Shown: positions 9,994-19,543, counted from the stretch's first letter. The stretch is 43,624 nt of DNA from a virus (IMGVR_UViG_2869924733_000007:1-43624); one strand, 5' to 3'. Notes: generated from the letters alone by a model not told the origin. Translations and numbers: made by a program.

Positions 9994-10542
9994 TTATTTT
10001 AAAGAAAGTAATTGTTCCACAGTCATATTTTTAATTGCGCCCCGGTTAACAAGAGTCCATCCCTGTTTTTCCAGATAAAACCGGAAAGTCTCCAGGGTAC
10101 AGACCAGTGCGCCATCAGGAACGGTTTCGGTGAATTCGACATTGCCGAATTTGTCGAAGTGAACAACCAGAGTGCGACCATCACCCGGAATCATCTTGTC
10201 AGCAGGTGGGGTGTTATTCTGGCGCAGTTCGGCCTCCATGCGGTCGAACTCAGCAATGTAGGCTTCCTTGAATGCGGCGGCTTTTTTGCCAGTGAAGCCC
10301 ATCACCAGGAAAACGAAGCCGTTTTTGGTGATTTGGTACATTGGGAGTTTGCGCCCGGTTGAGTCGGTGTATTCGCTCGCCTCAAAATTGAGGGCAGTAA
10401 ATTTATCTGAGCATTCAATATTTGCGATGGCACGTAACACATTGTCGTGTCGTTTGTGGAAGAACTCTGCAACCGCAACAGACGTAGTGACAGCGCGACC
10501 GTTTTCTACGGTTACACAAGGGTGAGAAAGGGTAGTAGCCAT
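9994..10542 (-). CDS. rha: Rha-family phage regulatory (antirepressor-like) protein
   Basis: MATTLSHPCVTVENGRAVTTSVAVAEFFHKRHDNVLRAIANI... matches the Rha domain signature; start moved to the ATG at 10542 (GGAGG upstream) because the longer ORF would read through the upstream terminator. Confidence 0.6.
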   Translation of the reverse strand: MATTLSHPCVTVENGRAVTTSVAVAEFFHKRHDNVLRAIANIECSDKFTALNFEASEYTDSTGRKLPMYQITKNGFVFLVMGFTGKKAAAFKEAYIAEFDRMEAELRQNNTPPADKMIPGDGRTLVVHFDKFGNVEFTETVPDGALVCTLETFRFYLEKQGWTLVNRGAIKNMTVEQLLSLK

Positions 10543-10747
10543 GATGGCAGCCTCCGCGATGAATTTGATTAACTCACCACCGGAGGTAGCAATCTCATGG
10601 GTGGTGAGACGTACAGGGTTGCTACAACCGGTCATCACGGAACCCGGCCAGTCTTGCGACTGCCCCGCACGCCCCACCATAATTTGAATGTGGCTGTGCA
10701 TTACGCATAAAAAAACCGCCTGAGCGCGGTTATGCGCCGTGAATGAC
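10543..10747 (-). promoter_or_regulatory. Conserved structured leader with intrinsic terminator upstream of rha (copy A)
   Basis: Terminator accgcgctcaggcggttttttt (10708..10732 on the minus strand), then a conserved tcaccacc...ggtggtga stem; about 75 percent identical to the region upstream of the second antirepressor-like gene. Confidence 0.45.
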
Positions 10748-11231
10748 TTCGGGGTAGCAATCCCGGCACCCGTTTTATGAGGTGCAGGTGCACTATAATT
10801 CCACCCGTTCTGGTTTTCAATAGCTACATTCAACATTTTCTCTTTCCTTTCATCACCGAAGTGAACTTTGTTGATGCGGTGCCTGGTGCCTCCAGGTGAC
10901 GTTAACCAGTTAATAATTAACGCCGGAATAAGGGATTTTCCTTACTGTTTTAACTGTTCCGCGTGCGCTGAGCCGCATTCACCGCATCACAAAATTCACT
11001 TTAAAAAGGGCGGACATCAGCCAGCAATTAAACCGATGCCGCCAACTGGTACTTCACACAGCAATGTCGTTATTTACAACCGGAGGCGCACTCCCACCAT
11101 TTAAATTTAACAGACAAGACCGACTCTTTATGGATACCGGAAATGCGCCTTCGTGTTGTGCCCGGTTTTATTTCACCACCTCCGGGCTTTGGTGGTATCT
11201 TTACTGAAGTTCTCGCACAACCAGTAAGGAA

Positions 11232-11528
11232 ATGAATATGCCAACGTATCTCGCCAGAGTAGAACTATATAATGCTGAGCCAGAGGATTACGAAGGGCTT
11301 CATAAATATATGCTCTCACTAGGATTCAGGAGAACGATCCCCCATGGAGATGGTTCGTATAATCAACTCCCGGACGGAACTTATGTTTCCGAAAAGGGCG
11401 GTGATATTTATCAAATTCGCAGCCAGATATCTGACTATGCAGACCGACTATCCGGGTATCGCGCGTCTGTTTTTGTTTGCGAATTCAGTCAATGCGCATG
11501 GTATTTATACCCCGCCAAGACCCGGTGA
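11232..11528 (+). CDS. Hypothetical protein (98 aa) in the immunity-proximal region
   Basis: ORF MNMPTYLARVELYNAEPEDYEGLHKYMLSLGFRR... preceded by AAGGAA; function not recognised. Confidence 0.4.
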   Translation: MNMPTYLARVELYNAEPEDYEGLHKYMLSLGFRRTIPHGDGSYNQLPDGTYVSEKGGDIYQIRSQISDYADRLSGYRASVFVCEFSQCAWYLYPAKTR

Positions 11529-11708
11529 ATATCCTGCACGGCCTTCTGCTTTGTAGAAGGCTTCTTCGCTATCATAATCGCCAGATTCCAGCGCTTCTTT
11601 AGCCAGCCAGATGCGTGCCCCAGTGCCTGCATTTGGCTCCAGTTGCTGGAGGCGTTTTGCATCTTCTGGGAGTAGAGCGATAACGTGTTTTAATTCTGTC
11701 TCGTTCAT
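11505..11708 (-). CDS. Small Rac-prophage-like protein (YdaF-like, tentative)
   Basis: ORF MNETELKHVIALLPEDAKRLQQLEP...; start ATG at 11708 is 1 nt from the stop of the upstream ORF. Confidence 0.4.
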   Translation of the reverse strand: MNETELKHVIALLPEDAKRLQQLEPNAGTGARIWLAKEALESGDYDSEEAFYKAEGRAGYSPGLGGV

Positions 11709-11709
11709 T

Positions 11710-11865
11710 TTACTCACCTGAATGTCTTCCCAACCAACGACGTGCGCCAGCTTCGGTTTTAAACGTTTTGCTTTTGGTATACGTCATGGCGGTGAATGTG
11801 CCGTCCTGGTTGGGGAACACGCCGTACACCAGAGATTCGTTGTTGCCAAGATCGATAGTATTCAT
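11710..11865 (-). CDS. Small Rac-prophage-like protein (YdaG-like, tentative)
   Basis: MNTIDLGNNESLVYGVFPNQDGTFTAMTYTKSKTFKTEAGARRWLGRHSGE resembles recalled YdaG of Rac. Confidence 0.45.
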   Translation of the reverse strand: MNTIDLGNNESLVYGVFPNQDGTFTAMTYTKSKTFKTEAGARRWLGRHSGE

Positions 11866-11944
11866 GTTGACCCCATTTCCCCTTAACGCCGGGGTAGCGG
11901 AACTGTTTGCTGAGAACACCGTGCGGTGTCTTGATGAATGAAAT

Positions 11945-12000
11945 TTAGAATAACCTAAGGTGGGTGGTCAAGATTTTTATGTAGAAAAACCTAAGTTTTT
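11945..12000. promoter_or_regulatory. Operator-like CCTAAG repeats downstream of the repressor gene
   Basis: aacctaaggtgg at 11952..11963 and aacctaagtttt at 11988..11999; same core as the sites in the repressor/cro-like intergenic region. Confidence 0.3.
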
Positions 12001-12067
12001 TGATGTAAAAAACACAAGTGTTTGAAAGTTTGTGCTTTTTATTACAGGGTGTGGAGAAAAAAGGGGA

Positions 12068-12475
12068 TTATTTGTTTGCGCTTCTTTTGCGAGCTTTGAG
12101 TAGTTCTTCAAAAAGTTTGTTGAAATTTTCAACTCGAGCACGCATCTCTGACAACAGGGCCTTTTGCTCTGACTCAGGCAGTGCGTCGAACAGTTGAAGT
12201 AACTCTTTTTGATCTTCTGTCAGAATGGCTGGCTGATTATCCGGGATCGGTTCGCCTGGTTGTTTATCTTCATCCCCAAAAAGAAGCCAAGTCGGTGAGC
12301 ACTGAAGCGCTTGGCTCAGTGCGAATAATCTTTTCCCCGCCGGCTGTGTTTCATCTCTTTCCCATTGAGAAATTGTTACGTGAGCCACTTTGACCAGCTT
12401 ACCTAATGCGGCCTGAGACAGTTTTAATTTTTTACGCCTATGTAAGAGGCGAGCACCGAAGGTTTCGTTTTTCAT
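12068..12475 (-). CDS. racR: Prophage repressor, XRE-family HTH (RacR-like)
   Basis: 135 aa; HTH LKLSQAALGKLVKVAHVTISQWERDE; divergent from a cro-like gene across a 76-bp operator region. Confidence 0.7.
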   Translation of the reverse strand: MKNETFGARLLHRRKKLKLSQAALGKLVKVAHVTISQWERDETQPAGKRLFALSQALQCSPTWLLFGDEDKQPGEPIPDNQPAILTEDQKELLQLFDALPESEQKALLSEMRARVENFNKLFEELLKARKRSANK

Positions 12476-12551
12476 ATTAGGGAATTCTAATTTTTCTTGA
12501 CTTAGGTTTCTCTACGATCTGGTTTTCTTAGGAAAATCTAAGGAGCTCGAT
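12476..12551. promoter_or_regulatory. Divergent promoter/operator region between the repressor and the cro-like gene
   Basis: TTGACT at 12497..12502; CTTAGG at 12501..12506; palindrome CTTAGGAAAATCTAAGG at 12527..12543 overlapping the ydaS-like RBS. Confidence 0.4.
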
Positions 12552-12779
12552 ATGTTGAAAATTGATGCTATAGCGTTTTTTGGCAGCAAAACAAAGCTTG
12601 CCAATGCCGCAGGAGTTAGGCTGGCAAGCATTGCTGCATGGGGGGAACTGGTTCCTGAAGGTCGCGCGATGCGCCTGCAAGAGGCATCTGGCGGGGAACT
12701 TCAGTACGACCCCAAAGTTTATGACGAATATCGTAAGGCAAAACGACCTGGGAAGGTGATTCATGAAAATCAGGCATGA
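12552..12779 (+). CDS. ydaS: Cro-like HTH protein (YdaS-like)
   Basis: 75 aa, AAGGAG RBS, position and orientation of cro relative to the repressor. Confidence 0.6.
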   Translation: MLKIDAIAFFGSKTKLANAAGVRLASIAAWGELVPEGRAMRLQEASGGELQYDPKVYDEYRKAKRPGKVIHENQA

Positions 12780-13185
12780 GCACATCGAATCAGTGCTGTT
12801 AGCCCTGGCAGCCGAAAAAGGGCAGGCGTGGGTCGCTAACGCAATTACTGAAGAATATCTGCGGCAGGGGGGCGGCGAATTGTCTCTGGTACCAGGCAAG
12901 GACTGGAACAATCAGCAGAATATCTATCACCGTTGGTTGAAAGGTGAAACGAAAGCGCAAAGGGAAAAAATTCAGAAACTGATCCCTGCGGTTCTGGCAA
13001 TTCTTCCGCGTGAGCTGCGTCACCGACTCTGTATCTTCGATACCCTGGAACGCCGTGCATTACTGGCGGCGCAGGAAGCGTTGAGTACGGCAATTGATGC
13101 GCATGATGATGCTGTCCAGGCCGTTTACCGGAAAGCACATTTCAGCGGTGGTGGGTCGCCCGGCGATTCTGTCGTAGTGCATTGA
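12763..13185 (+). CDS. ydaT: YdaT-like protein (cII-position protein of Rac-like prophages)
   Basis: 140 aa, overlaps the end of the ydaS-like gene, same order as Rac racR-ydaS-ydaT. Confidence 0.5.
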   Translation: MKIRHEHIESVLLALAAEKGQAWVANAITEEYLRQGGGELSLVPGKDWNNQQNIYHRWLKGETKAQREKIQKLIPAVLAILPRELRHRLCIFDTLERRALLAAQEALSTAIDAHDDAVQAVYRKAHFSGGGSPGDSVVVH

Positions 13186-13262
13186 TTGAAATTAATCGTG
13201 CCGGATTGTTTTGTTCGGTATCAGTTAAATGTAACGCTGCGAGCGTTACAAGGTGAAAACAA

Positions 13263-14045
13263 ATGGCTTCAAACTGGATAAAGCTCGAGGTTATTACGCC
13301 GGATAAGCCGGAAATATTCAGGCTTGCTGAGATTCTGAATATTGATCCAGATGCCGCATTAGGGAAGGTTATTCGCTTCTGGGCATGGGCGGATCAACAA
13401 ATGATAGACGGTAATGCAGATTGTAACGCTCGCGGCGTTACAAAAAGTGCAATAGATCGCATCACTTTTATGTCTGGTTTTGCTGATGCGTTAATTCAGG
13501 TTGGATGGCTGGTCGAAAATGACGGTGGGCTTTCTCTACCTAACTTTGAACGTCATAACGGAAAAAGCTCTAAAAAACGGGCGGTTACAAACGAGCGAGT
13601 AACAAAAATACGCGAACTGAAACGAAAAGGTAACGTTGCCAGCGTTACACAAACGGATCAAAAAGCGTTACCAGAGGAAGAGGAAGATCTAAATACTGAT
13701 CTCCCCCTAAATCCCCCTCGCCAAAAACGAGCGTCTAAAAAATTCGAGCCGGAGGCTATTGAGCTGCCCGATTGGTTGCCGGAAACACTCTGGCATGAGT
13801 GGGTCCGGTTCAGACAGGCATTGCGAAAACCGATTCGAACGGAGCAGGGCGCTAACGGGGCGATACGGGAACTGGAAAAATTCCGTCAGCAGGGTTTTAC
13901 ACCTGAGCAGGTGATTCGACACAGCATCGCCAATGAATACCAGGGCCTGTTCGCGCCGAAAGGTGTTCGGCCTGAGACGTTGCTCCGACAGGTTAACACC
14001 GTCTCGTTGCCGGACAGTGCGATCCCGCCAGGCTTCAGGGGGTAA
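13263..14045 (+). CDS. Phage replication initiation/organiser protein (YdaU-like)
   Basis: 260 aa, immediately upstream of the DnaC-like loader, as in Rac ydaU-ydaV. Confidence 0.55.
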   Translation: MASNWIKLEVITPDKPEIFRLAEILNIDPDAALGKVIRFWAWADQQMIDGNADCNARGVTKSAIDRITFMSGFADALIQVGWLVENDGGLSLPNFERHNGKSSKKRAVTNERVTKIRELKRKGNVASVTQTDQKALPEEEEDLNTDLPLNPPRQKRASKKFEPEAIELPDWLPETLWHEWVRFRQALRKPIRTEQGANGAIRELEKFRQQGFTPEQVIRHSIANEYQGLFAPKGVRPETLLRQVNTVSLPDSAIPPGFRG

Positions 14046-14051
14046 CGGACC

Positions 14052-14798
14052 ATGAAAAATATTGCGACAGGCGGCGTTCTGGAACGCATCCGCCGACTGA
14101 CCCCGCCACATGTAACCGCCCCATTCAGAACGGTAGCGGAGTGGCGCGAGTGGCAACTTGCTGAAGGCCAGAAACGTAGCGAGGAGATCAACCGCCTGAA
14201 TCGCCAGTTGCGGGTGGAAAAAATTCTGAATCGCTCAGGCATCCAGCCGTTGCACCGTAAATGCTCGTTTGCGAATTACCAGGTGCAGAACGACGGCCAG
14301 CGATACGCGTTAAGCCAGGCGAAATCCATCGCCGATGAACTGATGACCGGGTGTACAAATTTTGCGTTCAGCGGAAAACCTGGTACCGGGAAGAATCACT
14401 TAGCGGCAGCTATCGGGAATCGCCTGCTGAAAGACGGTCAGACAGTGATTGTGGTTACCGTGGCTGATGTTATGAGCGCCCTGCACGCCAGCTATGACGA
14501 CGGGCAGTCAGGCGAAAAATTTTTGCGGGAGCTGTGCGAAGTGGATCTGCTGGTTCTTGATGAAATTGGCATTCAGCGCGAGACGAAAAACGAGCAGGTG
14601 GTGCTGCACCAGATTGTTGATCGCCGGACAGCGTCGATGCGCAGCGTGGGGATGCTGACAAACCTGAACTATGAGGTGATGAAAACATTGCTCGGCGAGC
14701 GGGTGATGGATCGCATGGTCATGAACGGCGGGCGCTGGGTGAATTTTAACTGGGAGAGCTGGCGTCCGAATGTTAGCCATTCGAGGGTTGTTAAGTAG
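14052..14798 (+). CDS. DnaC-like replicative helicase loader (IstB/DnaC AAA+ ATPase)
   Basis: Walker A GKPGTGKNHLAAAIG and Walker B LLVLDEIG. Confidence 0.7.
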   Translation: MKNIATGGVLERIRRLTPPHVTAPFRTVAEWREWQLAEGQKRSEEINRLNRQLRVEKILNRSGIQPLHRKCSFANYQVQNDGQRYALSQAKSIADELMTGCTNFAFSGKPGTGKNHLAAAIGNRLLKDGQTVIVVTVADVMSALHASYDDGQSGEKFLRELCEVDLLVLDEIGIQRETKNEQVVLHQIVDRRTASMRSVGMLTNLNYEVMKTLLGERVMDRMVMNGGRWVNFNWESWRPNVSHSRVVK

Positions 14799-15153
14799 TT
14801 TCAGGAGGATTTATGGCGAAACCTTTTACTCCCGAACAGCGGGAAGAACTGAAGACGCGAATTGTGGAACTCGTGCATCAGGACGGTCGGGTCACGATTC
14901 GGCAGTTGTCCGATGAAACAGGTATCAGTCGTGCGTCTGTCGGTCGCTTATGCATAGAACTGGTCGCAAGTGGTGATGTATATAATTCTGGCTACGGCTT
15001 ATTCCCGTCTGAACAGGCTCGCAAGGACTGGCAAAGCGCCCGCAAAAAACTCTCGAGAGTAAAGGTGAGGAAACCATCTGTGGTTGATCTGGATCTTATC
15101 TGGTCATTACTGAGGTGTACTGGCAATAGCGGACACTACCATTTGTTCTTTTT

Positions 15154-15972
15154 TTAAGCAGCCATCTGATGATATTGTTCCCTGAAGGCTGCCGGGGAGA
15201 TATTCCCCAGACGAGAGTGACGACGCTGACGATTGTAGAAAATCTCAATGTATTCCCGTATTACTGAGATGGCTTCATCCCGGTTATTAAAACGATAGTG
15301 GCTCAGGCTCTCATTTTTCAGCGTTCCCCAGAAGCTTTCCATCGGAGCGTTGTCGTAACAGTTACCTTTACGCGACATTGATGTTTTCAGACCAAACTGC
15401 TCCTGTATGACCCGGTAATCGTATGCGCAGTACTGTGAACCTCGATCAGAGTGGTGGATTAGCCCGGCAGGTGGGCGCTGGCTCCTGAGCGCCATAAACA
15501 GGGCTTTACCTGTCAGCTCTTTTGTCATGCGCTCTCCCATGGCGTAGCCGACAATTTCGCACGTATAAACATCTTTGATGCCAGCGAGGTACAACCATCC
15601 CTCCTGTGTGGCAACATACGTCAGGTCCGCCACCCAGACCTGATTTGGTGCTGTAGGAGCGAACGTCTGGTTCAGCAGATTTGGCGCAACTGGCAGATTG
15701 TGGTTCGGGTTCGTAGTCGCTCTGAACTTGCGTTTCTGCTTACAGCGTAGCCTTAGCTCCTTACGAAGACGTGCCAGTCGGTCACGACCAACGATGATGC
15801 CATTCTCTGCCAGCTCCGTCTGGAGCCGCCGGGTTCCATATGTTTCGCGAGTGCGGATATGTGCCACCTTAATCTCCAGTTTTAGCCGCTCATCACTTTG
15901 TTTTCTGTCTGAGGGTTCATGCTGTACCCAGTTGTAATAACCGCTCCTGGATACACCAAATACCTGACACAT
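15154..15972 (-). CDS. IS600 OrfB
   Basis: 272-aa ORF, one substitution relative to copy 1 (R to W at position 15). Confidence 0.8.
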   Translation of the reverse strand: MCQVFGVSRSGYYNWVQHEPSDRKQSDERLKLEIKVAHIRTRETYGTRRLQTELAENGIIVGRDRLARLRKELRLRCKQKRKFRATTNPNHNLPVAPNLLNQTFAPTAPNQVWVADLTYVATQEGWLYLAGIKDVYTCEIVGYAMGERMTKELTGKALFMALRSQRPPAGLIHHSDRGSQYCAYDYRVIQEQFGLKTSMSRKGNCYDNAPMESFWGTLKNESLSHYRFNNRDEAISVIREYIEIFYNRQRRHSRLGNISPAAFREQYHQMAA

Positions 15973-16049
15973 CGCTTCAATGGGAAATTGTTGTCGCCAT
16001 TGTTCGATTAACGCGTATTTTTCAGCGACTCCTGTGCAAAATACGCTGT

Positions 16050-17270
16050 TGTAGATTCAATCTGTCAATGCAACACCCCTTTCAATTATCTCTTTCGGTG
16101 TTTTGAACTTCAGTGTCTTTCTCGGTCTGTTGTTTAGCTGAGCAGCAACCAGATCTAGTTCATGTTGAGTATATTGGGCAAGACATGTCTTTTTAGGAAA
16201 GTACTGCCGAATTAGCCCATTTGTGTTCTCATTTGTTCCCCGCTGCCAAGGACTCTGAGGATCGCAGAAGTAAACTTTAACGCCGGTGCTGACAGTAAAT
16301 TCTAGATGTCTGGCCAGTTCCATTCCTCTGTCCCATGTCAGTGATTTTCTGAGTTCTGACGGTAAACTCAGGAATTTGTCGGTAAGAGCCTGATTTACTG
16401 AGACAGAATCTTTGCCCCTGAGTCTAAGGATGATCGTATAACGTGATTTTCGGTCTACAAGTGTGGCTATATGAGAGTTTTTTGTACCTGAGACTAAATC
16501 GCCCTCCCAATGCCCCAGAGAGCGTCTGTTATCGATATTTCGGGAACGTTCGTGAATTGGTGTTCCGTTCACTATGTTAATCGTACCTCTTTCGCCTTTG
16601 CGGGTATGACGCCTGCCATGGCGAAGGCTATGCGACCGTCGCAGATGCTGTATATTCAGGTGGTGTAGCGCTTCACGGCTACGAAAGTACAGCGTTTTAT
16701 AAATTGTCTCAGGTGATATTCGCAGCGTTTTTTGACGTGGTTTTGTTCGCCTTAACCATCCTGATATTTGCTCTGGAGACCATTTCATCTCCAGCTTTTC
16801 CAGAACAAGCTTTCGCAATGGTAAATTTTGATCCAGTAAGCACGGTTTTGGCCTTTTCGCCATTCTGTTGGCTCGGTTATTAGCATCAACAGCTTTGTAA
16901 TAGCGTCTGCCCCGATTACGCTGAACTTCACGTGAGATCGTCGAAGGACTGCGATTCAGCGCAGTAGCTATCGCACGAATGCTCATTTTGGCTGACAAAC
17001 CAGCTCGTATCTCCTCGCGCTCAGACAGTGTCAGGTGAGCTACAGCCCGCTTACGCTCATGGGGTTTTATGCCGCCAGTATCCCTTAACATAGTGAAGAT
17101 CGTTCCGGGTTTTGAACCCAGGATATTCGCTATTTCACTGAAGCCTGTTCCGTTCTTCCATAGTTCAAAAACAGAGGCTTTTTCCTCTGCTGTAAATGTT
17201 CGTCTCATTCAAAAAACCTCCGCAACCCCATGTTTTCACATAACTGTTGCGTTGACCAATTGAATCTACA
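16050..17270 (-). mobile_element. IS30 nested in IS600 (copy 2)
   Basis: Same offset inside the composite as copy 1. Confidence 0.8.
16057..17208 (-). CDS. IS30 transposase
   Basis: 383-aa ORF identical to copy 1. Confidence 0.9.
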   Translation of the reverse strand: MRRTFTAEEKASVFELWKNGTGFSEIANILGSKPGTIFTMLRDTGGIKPHERKRAVAHLTLSEREEIRAGLSAKMSIRAIATALNRSPSTISREVQRNRGRRYYKAVDANNRANRMAKRPKPCLLDQNLPLRKLVLEKLEMKWSPEQISGWLRRTKPRQKTLRISPETIYKTLYFRSREALHHLNIQHLRRSHSLRHGRRHTRKGERGTINIVNGTPIHERSRNIDNRRSLGHWEGDLVSGTKNSHIATLVDRKSRYTIILRLRGKDSVSVNQALTDKFLSLPSELRKSLTWDRGMELARHLEFTVSTGVKVYFCDPQSPWQRGTNENTNGLIRQYFPKKTCLAQYTQHELDLVAAQLNNRPRKTLKFKTPKEIIERGVALTD

Positions 17271-17533
17271 GTTGCTTTTTTTAATATATCTCGCTCAAGG
17301 CGAGCTTCATTTAACGCCTTACGCAGTTGCAGAATTTCAGATTCCAGTTCAGCCACCGTGCGGGAACCAGGAGTACCGAGTCCTTTTCTGGCGGCGGTAA
17401 CCCATTGTCCTAAAGTGCCTTCAGGAAGGGATAATCGGGAAGCGCCTTCACTGATCGAAAGTTGATTTTCAAGAACCGTTCTGACAGCTTCGGCTTTGAA
17501 CTCTTTAGAGTAACGTTGGGTTTTTCTGCTCAT
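17271..17533 (-). CDS. IS600 OrfA (3' end displaced by IS30)
   Basis: Identical to copy 1 OrfA. Confidence 0.8.
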
Positions 17534-17782
17534 TATTAGCTCCTTCTGATGCCATTCTATTTCAGGAAGGAGTGTCCGTTAAACTCAGGCTACCTCATAC
17601 CTGACGGAGAAATACATCGTTACGACAGGCGTCATAATATAATTTGTACTGAGTGTCGTAAAAGCGAAGTTATGCAGCGTGTACTGGCTTTCTATCAGGG
17701 TAATTTTCAGGAGGTGGTACTGTGAGTGAAATTAGTTATCAGGCACTAATTGCCGCAGGCATTCGCATCAAAGGAGAGTGAC

Positions 17783-18139
17783 GTGGAAATAAAACCAGAA
17801 GATGAGTTAAGTAATATTGTTTTATTTCCGGTAAAAGAGGATGACCCTCGTAATCAGGTTAATTTTCTTTATGATCCATCGGAAAGACCATATTGCCATC
17901 ACGCCTCTGTACGGGTTGACGAAAAAGAGCGTCAGGTCCGCTGTAAAATCTGCGGTGCGGTTGTGGAGCCGTTTGACTGGATGCTCTCTGTGGCAAAAAG
18001 AGAAACCAGACTGGCAGATGATGTAAGGCTATTGCGCCAGGAGGAACAGGAAAGGCGGAGAAATATAGAAAAGCTGATACAGATTGAGCGTAACGCGAAA
18101 GCGCGGATACGCAGGGCGACAAAATCCAGAACTGAATAA
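17783..18139 (+). CDS. Hypothetical phage protein with Cys/His cluster and basic coiled-coil C-terminus (118 aa from GTG)
   Basis: GTG start with AAAGGAGAG RBS; CHHASVRVDEKERQVRCKICGAV; arginine-rich tail. Confidence 0.4.
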   Translation: MEIKPEDELSNIVLFPVKEDDPRNQVNFLYDPSERPYCHHASVRVDEKERQVRCKICGAVVEPFDWMLSVAKRETRLADDVRLLRQEEQERRRNIEKLIQIERNAKARIRRATKSRTE

Positions 18140-18221
18140 TTAAATTTAGCACTGTTAAAAATTTAATCCTTAACCGGAGGGATTCCTGCACCCTCAAATC
18201 ATCAGGAGGCCGCCCGAAAGG

Positions 18222-19522
18222 CTGAGGAATTCCCAGAAAACGAGACAGACATAGCATTATGTGATCTACTGATTTGTGCCAACAATTCAATGAGATCACT
18301 GCTATGCCTGTTCATAAAGTATGTCAGAATTTCTTCCGGGATGCCTTAGCACCATTTCATCAGTACCGACAAAATGCCCTGATGGATGCCACAGTGGTGT
18401 TAATCAACGGAGCATCTCTGACGCTGACCAGTATCGGACGTTTTTTCCCGGGTAATGCACAAGTTAAGAATAAGAGCAAACGTATTGATCGCCTCATGGG
18501 TAATGAGGCGCTCCATCGCGATATTCCAATGATTTTCAGGAATATCACTTCAATGCTGACACGGCAGTTATCTTTATGTGTAATAGCCGTAGACTGGAGT
18601 GGCTATCCCTCCCAGGAGCATCATGTTCTTCGTGCCAGCCTTCTGTGTGACGGGCGTTCCATTCCGTTATTGAGTAAGGTTGTTCCTTCTGAAAAACAAA
18701 ATAATCCATTGATACAACATGATTTCCTTGATTCCCTTGCTCAATCCCTGCCCCCCGATGCCAGGGTTATTATTGTCACGGATGCTGGATTTCAGAGCGC
18801 ATGGTTTCACCATATTACTTCTCTGGGCTGGGATTTTATTGGTCGGATCAGAAATAACGTTCAGTATTGCCTCGATAACGCGCCTGAAAGATGGTTAAAA
18901 GTGTCGGATAGCCCTGAATGTAAAACACCGGAATATATGGGGGCTGGAAGGCTGGTTAAAGAAAGGAAAAAAAGCATCCGGGGGCATTTTTACACCTATA
19001 AGAAATCGGCAAAAGGGCGAAAAAAGAAACGTTCGAAAGGTCAGAGTGGTTTAAACAAAACAGACAAAGAACAGAGCAAATCAGCAAAAGAAGCCTGGTT
19101 GATCTTCAGCAGTACAAATGACTTCAGAGCGCGAGAAATCATCAAGTTATACAGTCGGCGAATGCAGATAGAGCAAAACTTTCGTGATGAAAAGAACGGG
19201 CGCTTCGGATTTGGTCTTCGGGCCAGCAAAAGTCGTTCAACAGGAAGAATTCTGGTTCTGAGTCTGCTGGCAACGTTGAGCACTATCGTAATGTGGTTAC
19301 TCGGTTATCACGCTGAAAATAAAGGGTTACACCTGAAATATCAGGCTAACAGCATTAAATCCCGGCGGGTTATCTCATATCTGACGTTAGCGAAGAATGT
19401 TCTTCGACACTCGCCACTTATTTTAAGACGAACAGTACTGAGCACAGTTCTAAACCATCTGTCCAGAACCTACCGAAATATGGTGTTGGTTTATTAGCAG
19501 TAATTTTGTGGGGATCCCTCAG
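18222..19522 (+). mobile_element. IS10-like (IS4-family) insertion sequence, about 1.3 kb, with target-site duplication gcccgaaagg
   Basis: Imperfect terminal inverted repeats CTGAGGAATTCCCAGAAAAC / rc CTGAGGGATCCCCACAAAAT resembling IS10 outside ends; flanking duplicate at 18212..18221 and 19523..19532. Confidence 0.65.
18304..19497 (+). CDS. IS4-family (IS10-like) DDE transposase
   Basis: KRIDRLMGN, TDAGFQSAWF...LGWDFIGRIR, and YSRRMQIEQNFRDEK (Y-R-E-K motif) align with recalled IS10 transposase. Confidence 0.7.
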   Translation: MPVHKVCQNFFRDALAPFHQYRQNALMDATVVLINGASLTLTSIGRFFPGNAQVKNKSKRIDRLMGNEALHRDIPMIFRNITSMLTRQLSLCVIAVDWSGYPSQEHHVLRASLLCDGRSIPLLSKVVPSEKQNNPLIQHDFLDSLAQSLPPDARVIIVTDAGFQSAWFHHITSLGWDFIGRIRNNVQYCLDNAPERWLKVSDSPECKTPEYMGAGRLVKERKKSIRGHFYTYKKSAKGRKKKRSKGQSGLNKTDKEQSKSAKEAWLIFSSTNDFRAREIIKLYSRRMQIEQNFRDEKNGRFGFGLRASKSRSTGRILVLSLLATLSTIVMWLLGYHAENKGLHLKYQANSIKSRRVISYLTLAKNVLRHSPLILRRTVLSTVLNHLSRTYRNMVLVY

Positions 19523-19543
19523 GCCCGAAAGGGCGGTAGTGAA

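Larger units (their letters stand above)
15111..17597 (-). mobile_element. Composite IS600::IS30 copy 2 (2487 bp), 3-bp TSD TAC
   Basis: Same ends and nested structure as copy 1; TAC at 15108..15110 and 17598..17600. Confidence 0.85.
14813..17725 (+). pseudogene. HTH-domain phage protein (about 140 aa when intact) split by IS600::IS30 copy 2
   Basis: Frame continues across the composite after removing the IS and one TAC duplication: ...DLDLIWSL|PDGEIHRYDRRHNIICTECRKSEVMQRVLAFYQGNFQEVVL*. Confidence 0.55.

Noticed and set aside
10543-10836. N-terminal 98-codon extension of the Rha ORF in the ORF track
   Set aside because: It would read through an intrinsic terminator and the conserved leader; an internal ATG at 10542 has a GGAGG RBS and begins the recognisable Rha domain.
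10868-11104. 78-aa ORF in the rha upstream intergenic region
   Set aside because: No RBS, unusual composition, and it lies in what is more likely a regulatory or untranslated region; not supported as coding.
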